DNA of 64,000 nucleotides from the human T2T-CHM13v2.0 reference genome, Homo sapiens. Below the pieces are notes generated by a model. The model had not been told where the DNA came from, did no database searches, and saw nothing but the letters and a program-made list of their open reading frames with translations. Positions within the stretch are counted from its first letter, which is position 1. Every line of letters starts with the position of its first letter. Where the stretch lies: assembly GCF_009914755.1 (NCBI RefSeq), contig NC_060933.1; one strand, given 5' to 3'. Below, piece by piece: positions 29,149-45,749 of the stretch. Both the position numbers and the translations under genes were made by a program.

Positions 29149-32100
29149 CCACTCCCACAACACACACAATCCCACTCACAATTTTTTATTGTGTATGGTA
29201 CATTTAGCAGTTGGGGAAGAATGTAACTTTAAATAGAAGTCAATCTTGGCAGTTTCACTTTTAACTTTGTACTAGGATTTTGTATTGTCTTTTCTAAAAA
29301 TGAACTGTGAGTGCTGAGAGAGAAATTCTAGAACATCTTTGATCTGAATAGCAATGCAAATCAAATTCTAGTAAACTTATTTACTTACACTTAAAATGTG
29401 TTCATTTTTTAGTCCTGCACATATTTTAAGTAGAAAAATTTTCAGCATACATTTTCCATTCTAACTTTCAATGTTAGATAATCACAAAGCAAATTTTAAG
29501 AAATCTTTTATATAAAGCATCTATGATTATAATCATTTAGAAAAAGGTTTCCTATTACATTTGGTTAGAAAATACTTCAACATAGGTAAATTGAATAATT
29601 ATCTGGAAAAAAAATCTTATAGTGCTGTAGTTTCCAGTTTTAATTGCTCTTCGTGTATTTTTAATGAGTATTCACTAATTTTATAATAAAATTTTTATGT
29701 GATTACTACTAGAAAAAATATTTTCAGTCGCAAAACATCACAATTAGTCAAAGTGTTTGATTGAAATACTCTCCCATTTAACTAGACAAAAGTAATAAAT
29801 TTACATTTTCATTGGCAAAATATTTAACACCTTGAGAAAAACAGTTATAATTCTAGTTAAAAATCTAAGAAGCTAACTTGGATGTTCCAAACTCATCATT
29901 TTTCAAATGGTTGAATTGAGATCCAGAGCAGTAAACTGACGGAGCCTAAATTCTTTTCTGTCAACATATAGTTCATCAGACTGATGATAATATTTATTGT
30001 TTCATTCTTGAAGCAGTGCTTTAAAATCAGTGTGAAGGGGTTTGGGTGATTAATTTAGAAAAGTATTTGTCTATATGCATAATCCTTTCATATTTGTGTG
30101 TGAAACAGTAGGGTGACTGTACAATTCTAAAGGACAGTTACTCGCAGTTAAGCAGAAAATGTTTTCCTAATTTTTCTTCATTCTTCAGCAGTTAGTACTA
30201 TGTTGTGTAAAACTGATTCCCATTTTATATTTACTGAGTAAAATTAAATCAGATTTAGAAAATATTTTTTGGATGGCAAAGTATGGATGAAAATCACTTA
30301 TATTATGATATAGATTAAAGTGATATAGGTTAAAAACAAAGAGCCAAACTTAAAACTACATTTTCTAATGCATGTGTTACTTAATGTCGACATAGCTGTT
30401 GGATGCAATAACTTTTTCTACTCACTATTTGACTTATGGTTAATGATTTTTGGATTATATTAATTCATTTGGTATTTATGGACTTATAATTTTTTTGTAA
30501 TTTTACAGGCTGTATGTACCTTAGGGAAATAGAAGTTAATATATACATCTATAAATATATATATAATATTTATAAGTATCAATCATGTTATAGACATTGT
30601 CTCATTTGATACAACAGCTCCATTAGGGAGGGAATATTAACATATTAACATTAGAGAAATTGAGGCTCAGTGAGATTAAGAAAGTTGGATGTATTTCACA
30701 CAAATATTAGAATCCAAAATTTTAACTGAAATCTGCACATTTCCAAAGCTCCATACTCTTTCTCATTGACTCTCTGCTGAAGAAATCGAGCAGTGAAGAG
30801 GAGTTCTAGTACATTCATTATCTATTGGCAAATGTTGACAGTTTCAAAATATAAATGATCTTAATCTATTCGTTTGAAAATTATGATCAGCCTTAGTCCG
30901 TGGTAGAACCTGAGCTGTGTACATGAAGAACTAGCTTGTCTGTAGTAGCAGCTTGACAAGAAAAAAGGTATCCTTAAAGGACAACCTGCCTTAAGGAATT
31001 ACCAGAGTATGGTGGTGAATTTTCCTAAGAGTTTTGACAGTTGCTAACTTTAATATATAAATATGTAGCTCCTGCCTGGTAACTACAAAGCACACCAAAA
31101 CTATTGTACTTTGAGTGTTAATTGTGGTGAGCAAATTGAAAAACACATTTCTTTGGGATACAATTTTTTCCTTACATACAAACAGTATCCTCCTCTATTC
31201 TCTCTATGAGAACAGATGGATGAAGCCTCAATATACTTACTGCCCATAGCAAAGGATGCTTTTATGAGACTTTCAAATTAGGCTTAGACAAGAGTTATGA
31301 CTTAGTGGATCTGCTTAGCTTGGTATTTTTATTCTGACAAATAGTAAGAATTTCTATAAGGGTGAAGCTGAAAGGGCAACTGAGACCCCTTTGAGTGAAT
31401 TAGTACTCCTATAGCATTACCTGTATGGATAATATATTTTTTACCTCTGATGTGACCCTTACGAATTTAATTAAGTGTGATGGCTGGCCAGCATGTAGAT
31501 AATTCCTTCTATGGACAAAATTTAAATGTTTTTTTCTCACTGCGGGCGAAATATTTTTGGAAGTCCATGCCAATTTATGTCACTCAGGTAACTTTTCTAA
31601 CTTTTAGGTATGAGAGTTGAGGAACAAATTATGTGTGTTGTCTTGCTGTTATGTTGCATGTCTATTAACAATAGTCAGATGTGGTAGTACAGCATGGTCA
31701 GGGTTACTGGAGATGTATTATAAAATGTACTTTTACAGATACTTCATTTTTAAGCAGGCTTGATATATAAAAATTATATGGGGTTTTATTTTTTTAAATG
31801 TATTTCTCTGTCTGTTTTTCTCTTTCTGTTTGTGCACATTTATGTGTCCAAAATTAGATATCATATTCTCTAAAGAAAATGTGAAAAAGAACCACATTCA
31901 GTCAATATAACGAGGTGGATTTTTGTTAAGATAGTAACACTGGAATGATTTCTAAAAATCTGTCTCTAGTAAAGTTTGTTTTCTCCTCTGAGAAAATCCT
32001 ATTCTTAGCATCCTGATACATAGTACTTCATATGCCTTATATTTAATTGCACTTAGTGACATTGTGGTGTGACATCTTTATAAACCAAGGCTTCTCACTT

Positions 32101-33079
32101 TAACAGAAGACTCTAATTGGAGCTTTCATTCAAAGAACATGCTGACAGGTAAGAGGTGTAGCAAAGGCTGCATGGTGCAACAGTACTGGGTTTTCAAAAA
32201 TAACTGTTGTTTCCTGGTATCATGGCTCTGGATAAAGCATCCTGTGCTTCAGCATCTCTATTTCCTCACCTGTCAAATGTTACTGACAACACCTTCACTG
32301 TGATGGTGGACAAGTAATGTATTTGGAAGAATATGATAAACTTTGTAATTTATATAATTAGAATTGGAACACTGATAAAACCTACTGATGAATGGGTGAA
32401 AAGGAGAGTACTAGAAGAGTTCATATAATGAAAAAGGCAAACTACACTGATTGTCTGAGGAGCAGGATAGCAATGTGTTAAAAACAAGGGACTGGGGGCT
32501 GTTAAAAATTCTGACCCCCACCTCCACTATTATGATCTCATCTTCATACCTTACCCTATGAAGTTATGACCACTGGCCTCCTTGCTCTCTCTAGAACACA
32601 CTGGTCATACTTGGAATGATCTACCGGATACCAGAATGCCTCATTCCCCTATTTCCTTCATATCTCTGAGTAAATATGACTTCATCACAGAGGCTCGCCC
32701 CCGTAATTGTATATAAAATGCCCTGCTGTTCTCAGTCACATTAATTTTTATCCCTTTACCCTGCTTTATTTTGCATTACTACCATATGATGCATTGAATT
32801 GTTTATGGTCTTCCCACCAAAACACAAGCTTCATGAGAACAGGGATTTTCTCTCTTTGTTTATTGCTACATCCTCAAGAGTTATGGTCTATGGATTAAAT
32901 GAGTGAGCAAATTGTGCTAGGAGCAGAATACTTGGGTTACACTTTTTCCTCACTATATTAAAATGGACATGTCAGTCAATCATTTTTGCATTTCATGTTT
33001 GTTGCATGTAAGTAAAAGATGAGATGGCTATTGGTCCTCCCATTTTTACAGATTAAGAAACCACGGTTTAAAGAGTTTG

Positions 33080-33775
33080 CCAGAATGGCTCTTTTTATAA
33101 AGACAAAAAACAATAGATTTTGGCATAGGCAAGGAAAAAAGGAAACTCTTATACATTGTTGGTGGGAATGTAAGTTAGCACAACCTCTATTAAAAACATA
33201 ATGGAGTTACCTCAAAAAGCTAAAAATACAACTACCATTTGATTCAGCAATCTCACTGTTTGGTATCTACCCAAAGGAAAAGAAGTCATTATACCAAAAA
33301 GACGTGAACACCTAAACGTTTACTGCAGCAATATCCACCATAGCAAAGTTATGGAATCAACCTAAGTATCCATCAACAGATGACTGGATAAAGAGAATGT
33401 GGTATATATACAAAATAAAATACTATTCAGCCATAAAAAAGAGTGAAATAATGTGGATTTTTTGCAGTGACATGAATAGAGCTGGAGATTATTGTCTTAA
33501 GTGAAACAACTCAGAAACAAAGTCAAATACTATATGTTCTCAGTTATAAGTGGGAGCTAAATAATGTGTACACATGAGTATAAAGTGTAGAATGATAAAT
33601 CATGGAGACTCAGAAGGAGGAGAGGCAGGTGGATAATGATAAATTATTTGATGAGTAAAGTGTATGACATTTAGGTGACGTATAGCCTAAAAGCCCAGAC
33701 TTTACCACTGCCCAATTTATGCATGTAATAAAATTAACCTTTGTACTCCATAAATATGTAAAATTCAAAATTTTA
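33080..33775 (+). mobile_element. L1PB/L1MA 3' end (ORF2 C-terminus + 3' UTR) next to a MIR fragment
   Basis: Translates to ETLIHCWWECKLAQPL (ORF2 Cys-rich domain); continues through TAAGTGGGAGCTAAAT and AAAAGCCCAGACTTTACCACT. Confidence 0.85.
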
Positions 33776-34549
33776 AAATTGTGACTCATAAAATCCAGTG
33801 CTATGAAATTGTAAGAAATATTAGAAATATAAAACTCTTTATAAACTCTTTAAAATATGTTATATTTTTATAATAAACTAGCAATAAATAAATAGCTATA
33901 AGCCAGTCTATAATTTGGTAGGTGGAAATAATGTATAGTTAGGTCACTTTGTTTATTTTTATGATAACTTTAGACATGGATAAGAGTTGAGTAAAACAAT
34001 TCATTTGGGTACATTACCAATGGTACTATCTGATTGCTGAAAAGTTTATAGTGTCCACTTTCTATAGAGATCTGTTATAACTTGAGAGCAACAATTCCCT
34101 AAATATTTAAAGCTTTTTGTAATACAACTTTTTGTAGATCCACTTAATTTAATTTTTTTTTTTTTAGAAAAAGAGTTATTAGGACCAGTTAGCACTATTT
34201 TGACTGTGCTTTCAAATTAATTTCTACTTTGTTCACTTGCTAAGCATATTGACTGATGGACCTATTATAATAACTCAAAGGTCTTTCAATGTTTGTAGCA
34301 CAAGGTTTGACAAGTGTTCGAGAAACAAGATGGAGAATGATTCTCACACCCAAGACTTTTTGGCCAATTTAAGTACATAAATAAGAGGTCTCAACATTGT
34401 TTTTTCAAAGAAGAGATCCCAAAATCTGTTATGTAGAGAATTTTCATATGAAAATAAGAGACAAAACATGAAGTCTTCATAGAAAACCATTTAAATGAAT
34501 GTCTAGATAGCTGAAGAAGCAGTCTTTGATTCACAAAGGCTTATAGGTG

Positions 34550-34986
34550 TGTCAACGTCAAATAAAATATATAGAGATGGATATCTAAATTTAATCTTTT
34601 ACTGGGAAAGGCAGAATTACAATTTGGAGCATACACACAGACCTGGTGGTCTTTGGTTTATATGAAGAACACAGAAGGGTTGGAGGTTGTGTATATTGCT
34701 GTTTGAAAAAAGTTTATTGACACTAGTAAAGTTTGCTGAGCTGGCATTCTTTGATTGGTGAGTGAAGACAGTGGGTAAAAACAATCTTAAAGATTCGGCA
34801 GGTTATTTCAGAAGCCATTGGATACAACTGGTTTTATGTTACACTAGGCACTTTTACCAGCTAGACTTCAGAGAGCTACCTTTGTGGAGCAATATTATAT
34901 GTCCTAAGTGCTTTTTGTCCCTGATTTATTGACTCTGCTTTAGTTGGGTATGACGAGGATAACCCAATTCGTATTGTCAACTTTCA
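34550..34986 (-). mobile_element. ERV1-class solo LTR (MER67-like)
   Basis: Minus strand runs TGAAAGTTGACAATACGAATTGGGTTATCCTCGTCATACCCAACTAAAG ... TTTATTTGACGTTGACA, with TG...CA termini; family assigned from recalled consensus. Confidence 0.65.
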
Positions 34987-37974
34987 GAGTTGGAAAGGGA
35001 AAAATAGTGGTGTTAGTGGACTGGGGAAAAAAGAAACTATTTTTTATCCTAAGTGTTTTATACTTTGCATCTCCTTATTAAAATTTGGGAGAAATTACCT
35101 TAAGTGGGCCTAGGGCCATTTAGAAAAACTGATAATTAATTCCTGTTGCTGTTTATTTTCCTTCACCAGGTGAACATATTTTATTTTATTCACCTAAAGA
35201 CTTTAGGCCAAGCAGGCAATATGCCAAATGAAAAGTTTGTTATGTGGAAAGATCTTCAAAAATTAAGCAATTTTCTCATTCTTAATAATTAATTTTAAGA
35301 TACAGAGTTCTCATCTTAAGCACATTGATAAAATTGAATTACTTTTTAGCTTTTCTCTCTTTTTTTAAATAAGGTTTAGTTGGCTCATGCAACTTTAAAA
35401 ATAAATCAAATGCTTCATTAGAAATGCACAAATAATTTCATCTGATTAAATAGAGGAAGATATTGAAATGCTTTTTAGTTTCTGTGTTACTGATTCTGCC
35501 TAGCTGTTTATAGGTCTGTTACCTTGCACATGCTGTTTCAAATCCACTGGGGGCAGTTTAAATGAAATTGGCCAAGTAAATATGACAAGAAGAAATGCTT
35601 TTTATTCTCCTATAGAGTTAATAAAAAAAAAAGAAAAAGAAATTTAGTGGGGACATAAGGTGAATGAGGGAAATGGGTATGAGACATCAGCCAAAAGGTT
35701 GGTACAAATACATTGTTTGATTTTTTTCTGATGGAACTGATGAGTCATATGAAAGATTTTTGACATCAGTCTATGTATGTTGCTTATTTGCTTGACAAAG
35801 ACAGCATGAAATAATATTTAGTAAAGATTTCTGAAAAACTTCTCTATTGTGTGAAGTGAAAAAAAAAGTCAGGATTTGCCAAATTGCCTCTTATTTATTG
35901 AAATCTTTTTTTTCTGATGCTCATTAGAAATACATGGTTCCAGCTACTGCCGAGCTGTAATTAAGAGGAAGCATAAAGTATAGAACAGGGCAAGATAGGA
36001 TAGGTGTGTGTGTGTGTGGGCAGAGGTGGGTGTATGTAGAAAAATGTGATTTGAACAGTAGGTGTAGAAGATAGAAGAAATGAACTATATCCAGGTGCAT
36101 GTGTAATGCATCTGTTTTGTTTCTAATAATAATGTATTAAAAGCTTAAATAAAGGAAACATATATTCTCAGAAGAAGACCATTTTAATGTACATCTGAAC
36201 TTCATCTGTGGACTAATCAATATGTTATTCTGATATAAAAGGAAAATACGCTTGGTCTGCAAGGATTCCTTAGAAAACAAAGCCAAACAAAAATGAAAGT
36301 TCAGATATTTTTTCTTATCATACGTTGCTTTTTTCCATGAGCAGCAGTAACCTAGACGTTTTTATCTGAAACATTAGCCTGGCCCAGTAGGTGTCAGATT
36401 AGATATACATTACTCCATTATCTTGGTAGACTACTCTGCATCAAAGGATCTATGGACTTGGAGAATGAAAGGGAAAGAGAATAAATAAAGGATATCTCTT
36501 TTCAGTTTTAGAGTAGCGCTTTTAACATTAAGAAAAATCAATAACTGGATTGACTGCATTCAGTAGGGAGCATTATTGTTTCCCATAATGTATCTAATGC
36601 ATATCATTACCAGAGTAATCACATTATTATCTGCCTCGGCCTTGCTACTTGCTCGGCTAGATATGAAGCCAAAGCTATTTGTAAAGTAAGGTTTTTCCCC
36701 CTTTGCAAAATTGCTGCAAATTGTATTCTTCCCATTTTCTTTATTAGTTGTTTGAACTAGCCTGCACCTCTGAATTCAGATTAAGTGGCATGGTTTTTTG
36801 TGGTGGTTATTATTTTTCCCCTTCAGGATTCGTTTTTACTCTATTCAAATTAAACTCACCTTTAGGAAATGGGACACATCATGGGTGGTTTGTTGTATCG
36901 GTTGGCATGGGAAATAGAGTAGTATAAACTGTAACTTAGGGTGGGTTTTGTGTTTCTGAGATACCTTTTGAATTCAGCAACTGCAGTGATTGCGGAGTGT
37001 GTCTCAAATTGTGTTAAATTCCAACCCTCCTGTGCAGGGGGCTCAGTCTGAAACAATGAAGAGCATCTAGAGACTAGTACATTCCATTTATTTTCTCTCC
37101 TGATTACAAAGGGGGGTAAAAGATGTACTTATACTAAATTTTAGTGGCATATCTGACTAGGGTATAATGCTCATTTATGAGCTTCATGATATTTAGCTAT
37201 TTAAATTGGATGAGACTTAGTTCTCACATGTAGAATTGGAGTAATAAACTCGATGGTACAGATTTTTGGTGGATATTCAAGACAATACATATAAGATATC
37301 TAGCCAAGAGCATTGTAGTGGTGCACTTCCAAGTGGCAGTGTAATAAAAGAGGAGTGGCAGAGAAGAAATTCTCCCCAGAAGAGGGCTGAAATAAATACA
37401 TATGGAACATGTTTCTCTATAGAATTCATTATGCTTCTACATGCAAAGGAGTTGCTGATGATGTCTTATGAAAGGATTAACGGTGAGAAAGGAAAATGAA
37501 TGTACAGGAAATAATTAGATTATTTGATTAGAGTTACTTGCATTCATTTTTGTTCTGGGTTGAAAGATCACTTACTATCAACTTGCCAGAACATTTGTTG
37601 AAACATGTTCCCGAGGAAAACAGCAAACTAAATTAAATCAGTAAAAATACATACACACACGCAAAAATAGAAAGTATTTCTCCTGTATTTTCCTTTTCAC
37701 ATACTTCTTGAACTTGCTTCCTTGTGCTGAGCAATGTAGTCAAACTCAGATCACTTAGCATTAAATAGGAAATAAGGGGGACATGCAACTGGACTAATTC
37801 ATGGACCTGGCTGAAAGACTTCTGAGAATGAAAGGATGACATTTCTGGTAAAATAATTGTTCTAAGGAAACACTGGTTCTTCCATCCTTCATTTCTCATT
37901 TCACTTTCATTCTAAAGATGCCATTATTTAAGGAGAGATAGGAGTTTTCTAATCAGAAATGCAAATTGCCTGTC

Positions 37975-38133
37975 TGCCTTTCCTTCCTTCCTTCCTTTTC
38001 TTCCTTCCTTCCTTCCTTTTCTTCCTGCCTCCCTCCCCTCCCTCCCCTCCCTCCCTCTTTCCCTTTCTCCCTCCCTCCCTTTCTCCCTCCTTCCTTAATT
38101 CCTTCTCTCCTTTTTTCCTTCCCTTGTTCCTTC
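37975..38133. repeat. CT-rich low-complexity tract (CCTT/CCCT)
   Basis: ~160 bp nearly pure polypyrimidine. Confidence 0.9.
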
Positions 38134-39018
38134 ATTTTTTGACGACCAATTCAAGAGTATGGGTAATAATTGATATAATAGCCCAATTTGACACAAATGT
38201 GAACTTTGGCAAGCAAACCACTTTATAAACTCACTTGAAAGTACTTATTTGCTTACAGTCAGTTGTTAAGAAGATAATACCAAAGAGCTGCCAATATGTT
38301 TCCATATTCAGTTCTATCTCTACATTATGGAAAGGAAACCAAAGTACTTGGGAACAAAAAACCTCTCTGAATACAGATTTCAAGAGCATTGTTCAATTGG
38401 GAACTTGCAAGAGGCAGAGCAGAAAATGGATGTTGTAGTTTTCCTTTTAGTCCAGATGGAGGCATTTAAAAGAATCATGCTTTTAGGATCTCTGGAACAA
38501 ACCAGCGGAGCTTATAATATGAAGACCAGGCATTACTATATAATATGTAGGGAATGCTTTTGCTGTGATCTTTAACTTTTAACCTATGTTCTGATAGTTT
38601 TATAATATTACTCACCTGGTGTTCAACAATTCAAATTACATACACAAACACACATGACTGTAGAAAAAGAAGCACATTTTGCAATTTCCCAAGGAAACAA
38701 GTTTGAGAAATATGTGAAAAGGAAAGTATAGGAGAATTACTTTCTATATGGGTGTTTTTATTATTGTTTAATTTAGTTTGTTATTTTCCTCAGGAATATG
38801 TTTCAACAGATGTTGTGCCAGGTTGATAGTAAGTGATCTTTCAACCCAGAGCAAAAGTGAATGCAAGTAACTCTAATCAAATAAACTCTTAATAGCCTCT
38901 GGTCAGTGAGACAGGAATTGTCTAGTCAAGTTTAAAAAATCAATAGTGGCCACTCAAAATTCAACTACAGTTAGAAACTAACAAACTTGACCACATTCCG
39001 AAAGATCAGAAGTTATTT

Positions 39019-41664
<2,646 letters not shown>

Positions 41665-43419
41665 CATTTGCCATTATTGTTCTTACACTTATGAATGATA
41701 TATGTTATTGTTTTATTTGCTTAGCATGTCTAATGCATATCATTTAGTGGAAGCATCCCCCAAATTAGGAGCTCCATTGTCAAAGGCATTCTCTTCTAAG
41801 GTTTCCAGAACTGGAGGCCTCAGGATACAGTGCTGTACAGTAGCTCAAAACTCCAGTTTTGCTATCAGATAGACTCATTTCTGAACTCTGACTTATCACT
41901 CTTTTCTCTGAAACAAGTATCTTTTTCTGTTGGAAACTCAGTTTCTTCATTTACGCAGCAGGGCTATTCACAGTGCTTAGCTAATGGCGTTTAATACTCT
42001 ATACAGGAGAATTAAGTGAAACACTTCAGCTAATGTGTAAAATATCTAGAACAGAGTAACCACTGCATATTCCTATTGTAGTATAACATACAATAGCTGA
42101 CATAGCTATTATAACTCTGTGTTTTGGTTTGGATTACTTACAGTGATTCATATACAAAGCCCACATATTTTATGAAGCATCTACTATGTAAGTTACTCTG
42201 CTAGTTTTTATAAAATATTAAAAATAGGTATAATGTCATTCTTTTTATTAAGTAGCTTCTAATCAAGCAAGAGGTACACTGATAATACATTAGTGAATGC
42301 AATATAAGTTATAATTGCGATAGGTAAAATCAAGTAGGAAAAAATTCTCTAGTGGTAAGAAGAAAAGAGAGATACCTTTCGACTTAGTGGAAGATAATCA
42401 ATAAACTGTAGTTATTATTTTTACCATTGTTGTTGCTAATTCCAAATACAAAGCACCCTAGTAGAGCTAAACCAATAGGTCTCTTAAAATACAGGGATAT
42501 CATGAAATGATTTATTAAATCTGTTAACAGCATTCACATGAAATCTCTTTTGTTAAAAACAAATAGGAAAGTAGGCAAAAAGGTATTGTAAAAAGTTTAG
42601 ATTCTATGACTATATTGTGCTTAAGGCAAGTAGATCTCATTGAGAAGAAATCTATTGCTGATTAAAATATGAGCTATCTCATTAATCACACAGTACATTA
42701 GATAATAAATTGTGGTTGTTAACTTGATATGCACCATTGAACATGGAGAAAAAATATCACATAGGCAGACAAGTGCTCTAGTGTATGACAGTGTAATAGC
42801 TTGTGGATATATTCTTTTTGTAAATATGTCTGCTGCATATCTTATGTCTTACTGAACTGTGCTGTAAAATATGGTTATTCTTTAAGTCACAGACATTAAT
42901 GCTGAAGATTTTTCAACACTGGAAAAAATCATGCATTTGAATAGAAGAAAGCGTGAGATAGAAATTAACATTTTTCACTCAGAGTATGTCATTCTAATAT
43001 TTCATTCAGTTTTCTAAGGGAGCTTTGAAGATGTTAGATTTTAAAAAATGTTTTGGAAAAAAAAAGAAACTAATGACATAGTCCACTGACAGGTAATTAT
43101 GTGAACTAATTGCACGGACTGATGTAAACTGTGATCAAGGATATTTAACTGTCTGTTCTATATGGATCTAGTGAGCCGGACCTGAAAATTTGCTGATAAC
43201 AGAAGTAGAAAAGAATGGAAAAGTGTTATGTTCTGTAGACCAGGGAACACTTTTTTTTTTTAAAGAAAGAATTAAGATTTCTTTAAATTTTGTTTTCGTA
43301 AATGTACAATTTTACCATGAAGAGATTGTTGAAAATTAATTTTGACCTGGCCTTGTGTTCAATTTGCTTGACAAAGTAACATATTCAGAAAACTGGACGA
43401 GTTTCACTATAAATATTGT

Positions 43420-43720
43420 TTCTGCTTCTGTCCAATATGGCAGCCACTAGTCATGTGTGGCTACTAAGTACTTGAAATGTGGTTAATCTGAATTGATTTA
43501 GGCTATAAGTGTAAAATACAGGCCATATTTCTGTATTATTTTTATGCTTTATCTTCTTTAAAAAAAGGTAAAATATTGTACTTGGATATATAAGTTTTTA
43601 AATGAGATGTGTCAATTTCACTGGTTTCTTTTTAACTTTTTAACAGAGAGAGGAAAATATTTATACTCATGTGGCTTCCATTTGTGATTTGTTATGTTTC
43701 TATCAAACAGTGCTGTTTTT
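43420..43720. mobile_element. hAT-Charlie MITE (MER3/MER33-like)
   Basis: CTGTCCAATATGGCAGCCACTAGTCATGTGTGGCTACT... ending ...TATCAAACAGTGCTG. Confidence 0.75.
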
Positions 43721-44842
43721 TTGTGGTACATGAATAAAGTGACTGATGATGGAAACAATATTCTGAAGAAATAATCTTGACCTCCTCAGAAACACATTAA
43801 AATTACTCACATTGTGGCCATAAGCATGTTTGTTTTAGTTTATGTATAAATCATTGTAAAGAAACCATATAATTCAAAATATATTATGCATTTTAAAAAC
43901 GATAAGAAAAATGATATAAAATCATAAATGTGTGGATAGATAACAGTGCAAAATCTGAAATGCAGAATAGCCATTTGTTAGGTGAAACATGTATGTTCAT
44001 GTTCTTATATAAAGCATATGTTCCACCAGTAATTGCTGCATTATTCTTCTATTATATTATTAGAGGCATTGTGATTATAAAGGAAACTCTTCCCCCTATA
44101 TGGTTTAAATGTTTGTGGAAATTTATCTTCTCACTGATGAATTTTAAATGCAGAAATCAATACAAATCATTTATGCAAGAATCTTTGCCCAAGTCCCTTC
44201 CATCTATCCCTGCAAATTCAAAACAAAACAGTACTCTGTCCGTTCCAACAAAGACTACATGGAACATCTCCTTTTCTCTCCTTCTGTTTTCTTTTCTTAG
44301 ATGTGTTTTTCAAAGGGGGAATGAGTTAAAGACAGAAAAAGCCCCCAGTGCAGTCACAAGCAAGAAAAATACAATAAGTGACTCTCAGGATTTATTGCTT
44401 TGGAGTACTACAATAGACTATCTTTGGGTTCATAATAAATGAATCTTTAATACCTGATAGAATGCATACATATCTCCAAGTAGGTCATTTATGTTTTCAT
44501 TTACATTTTCTAAGATTCTTCATTTATATTTTTAAAATACTGTGTTCTTCCAGGAATTATTCCATATAAATTCAAAGTACAATTGTTGTTCCCCTAGAAA
44601 TGGAGCCATTATATACCAGGAATCACTGTCAGAAGGGAATGTATTCTGAAACGTTTTTCACATGCATATGTGTTGGATGTGGTTATTCTCACATATATGT
44701 CCTTCGTAGAAGTCGTCTGTAAGTCTGTAAGAGCCACTGCTGGGCTTGTATGTGGGGGCCAGATCTGAAGGTTAATTCCTGTTAAAAATAAGTATCCTGC
44801 ATATGCAGGTCTGAAGCAGAAACTAGCCTGTGAATTCTAAAC

Positions 44843-45300
44843 CTCTGCTGTCCAATACAGTAGCCACTAGCCACATGTGGGTGTAGATCACTTGGACTGT
44901 AGTTAATGTGACAAACTAAATTTTAAATTTTATTTAACATTAATTAAGGTAAATTTAAAAACCATCACTGGATTCAGTGTTTGAAAAACTTTTAAGTATA
45001 TTTGGAACAACTTTGGATTTACTTTTTCAGGAATACATTTTATGTTATCTAAATACAGATTGAGTATTTGCAGCCAAAAAATTTCAAATTGAGATGTGCT
45101 GAAAGTATAAAGCCCAAAGCAGATTTTGAAGACTTAGTGCTAAAATAAATAAACAAAATAACTCCTAAGTCATTTTACATAGATTGGATGTTGAAATGGT
45201 TTGGATATTTGGGTTAAAATATATTAAAATTAGTTTTACCTGTTTCTTTTTATTTTCTTAATACAGCTACTAGAACGTTTAAAATTATATATGTGGTTTA
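44843..45300. mobile_element. hAT-Charlie fragment (Charlie1/MER33 family)
   Basis: CTCTGCTGTCCAATACAGTAGCCACTAGCCACATGTGG...TTGAGATGTGCTG...GCTACTAGAA. Confidence 0.7.
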
Positions 45301-45599
45301 AGTTAAATTTCTATGGAAACAGAAGAGGAAAATACATGGAAATATATTTGAGGTAACAAGGTTACAGATGGGATATAGTGACCAGAATGAGGAACTAGTG
45401 CCAGCAGAGTGAGAGTGGGTAGCAAATGGACCAAAAGAGAAGCAGCTCCTTGCTCTGTTGGCAGGTCAGTAGCTTGTAATTCCTGAACTGTCATAGGGCT
45501 CAGGATCAAGAACGTGACTTTTTAGCATTTAGTGTCTTATGATCAATGACAGACAAATACATTATTATGTTGCTTTAATAATAACACAATTATTTTTAT

Positions 45600-45749
45600 A
45601 ATTTAAATTTTTTATTCATTTTTTAATATATAGAGATGGAGTCTTGCTGTGCTGCCCAAATTTGTCTCAAACTGCTGGGCTTAAGTAATCTTCCTACCTC
45701 AGCCTGCCCAGAGTTCTGGGATTATAGGCCTGAGCCACTCAGTCTGGCC
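45600..45749 (-). mobile_element. FLAM / Alu left monomer
   Basis: Antisense Alu monomer flanked by AATAATAACA direct repeats. Confidence 0.75.

Noticed and set aside
37953-38228. ORFs over the CT-rich tract
   Set aside because: Low-complexity artefacts.
43930-44442. 170-aa ORF
   Set aside because: Non-ATG start, no recognisable domain, composition reflects AT-rich DNA, no supporting exon structure.
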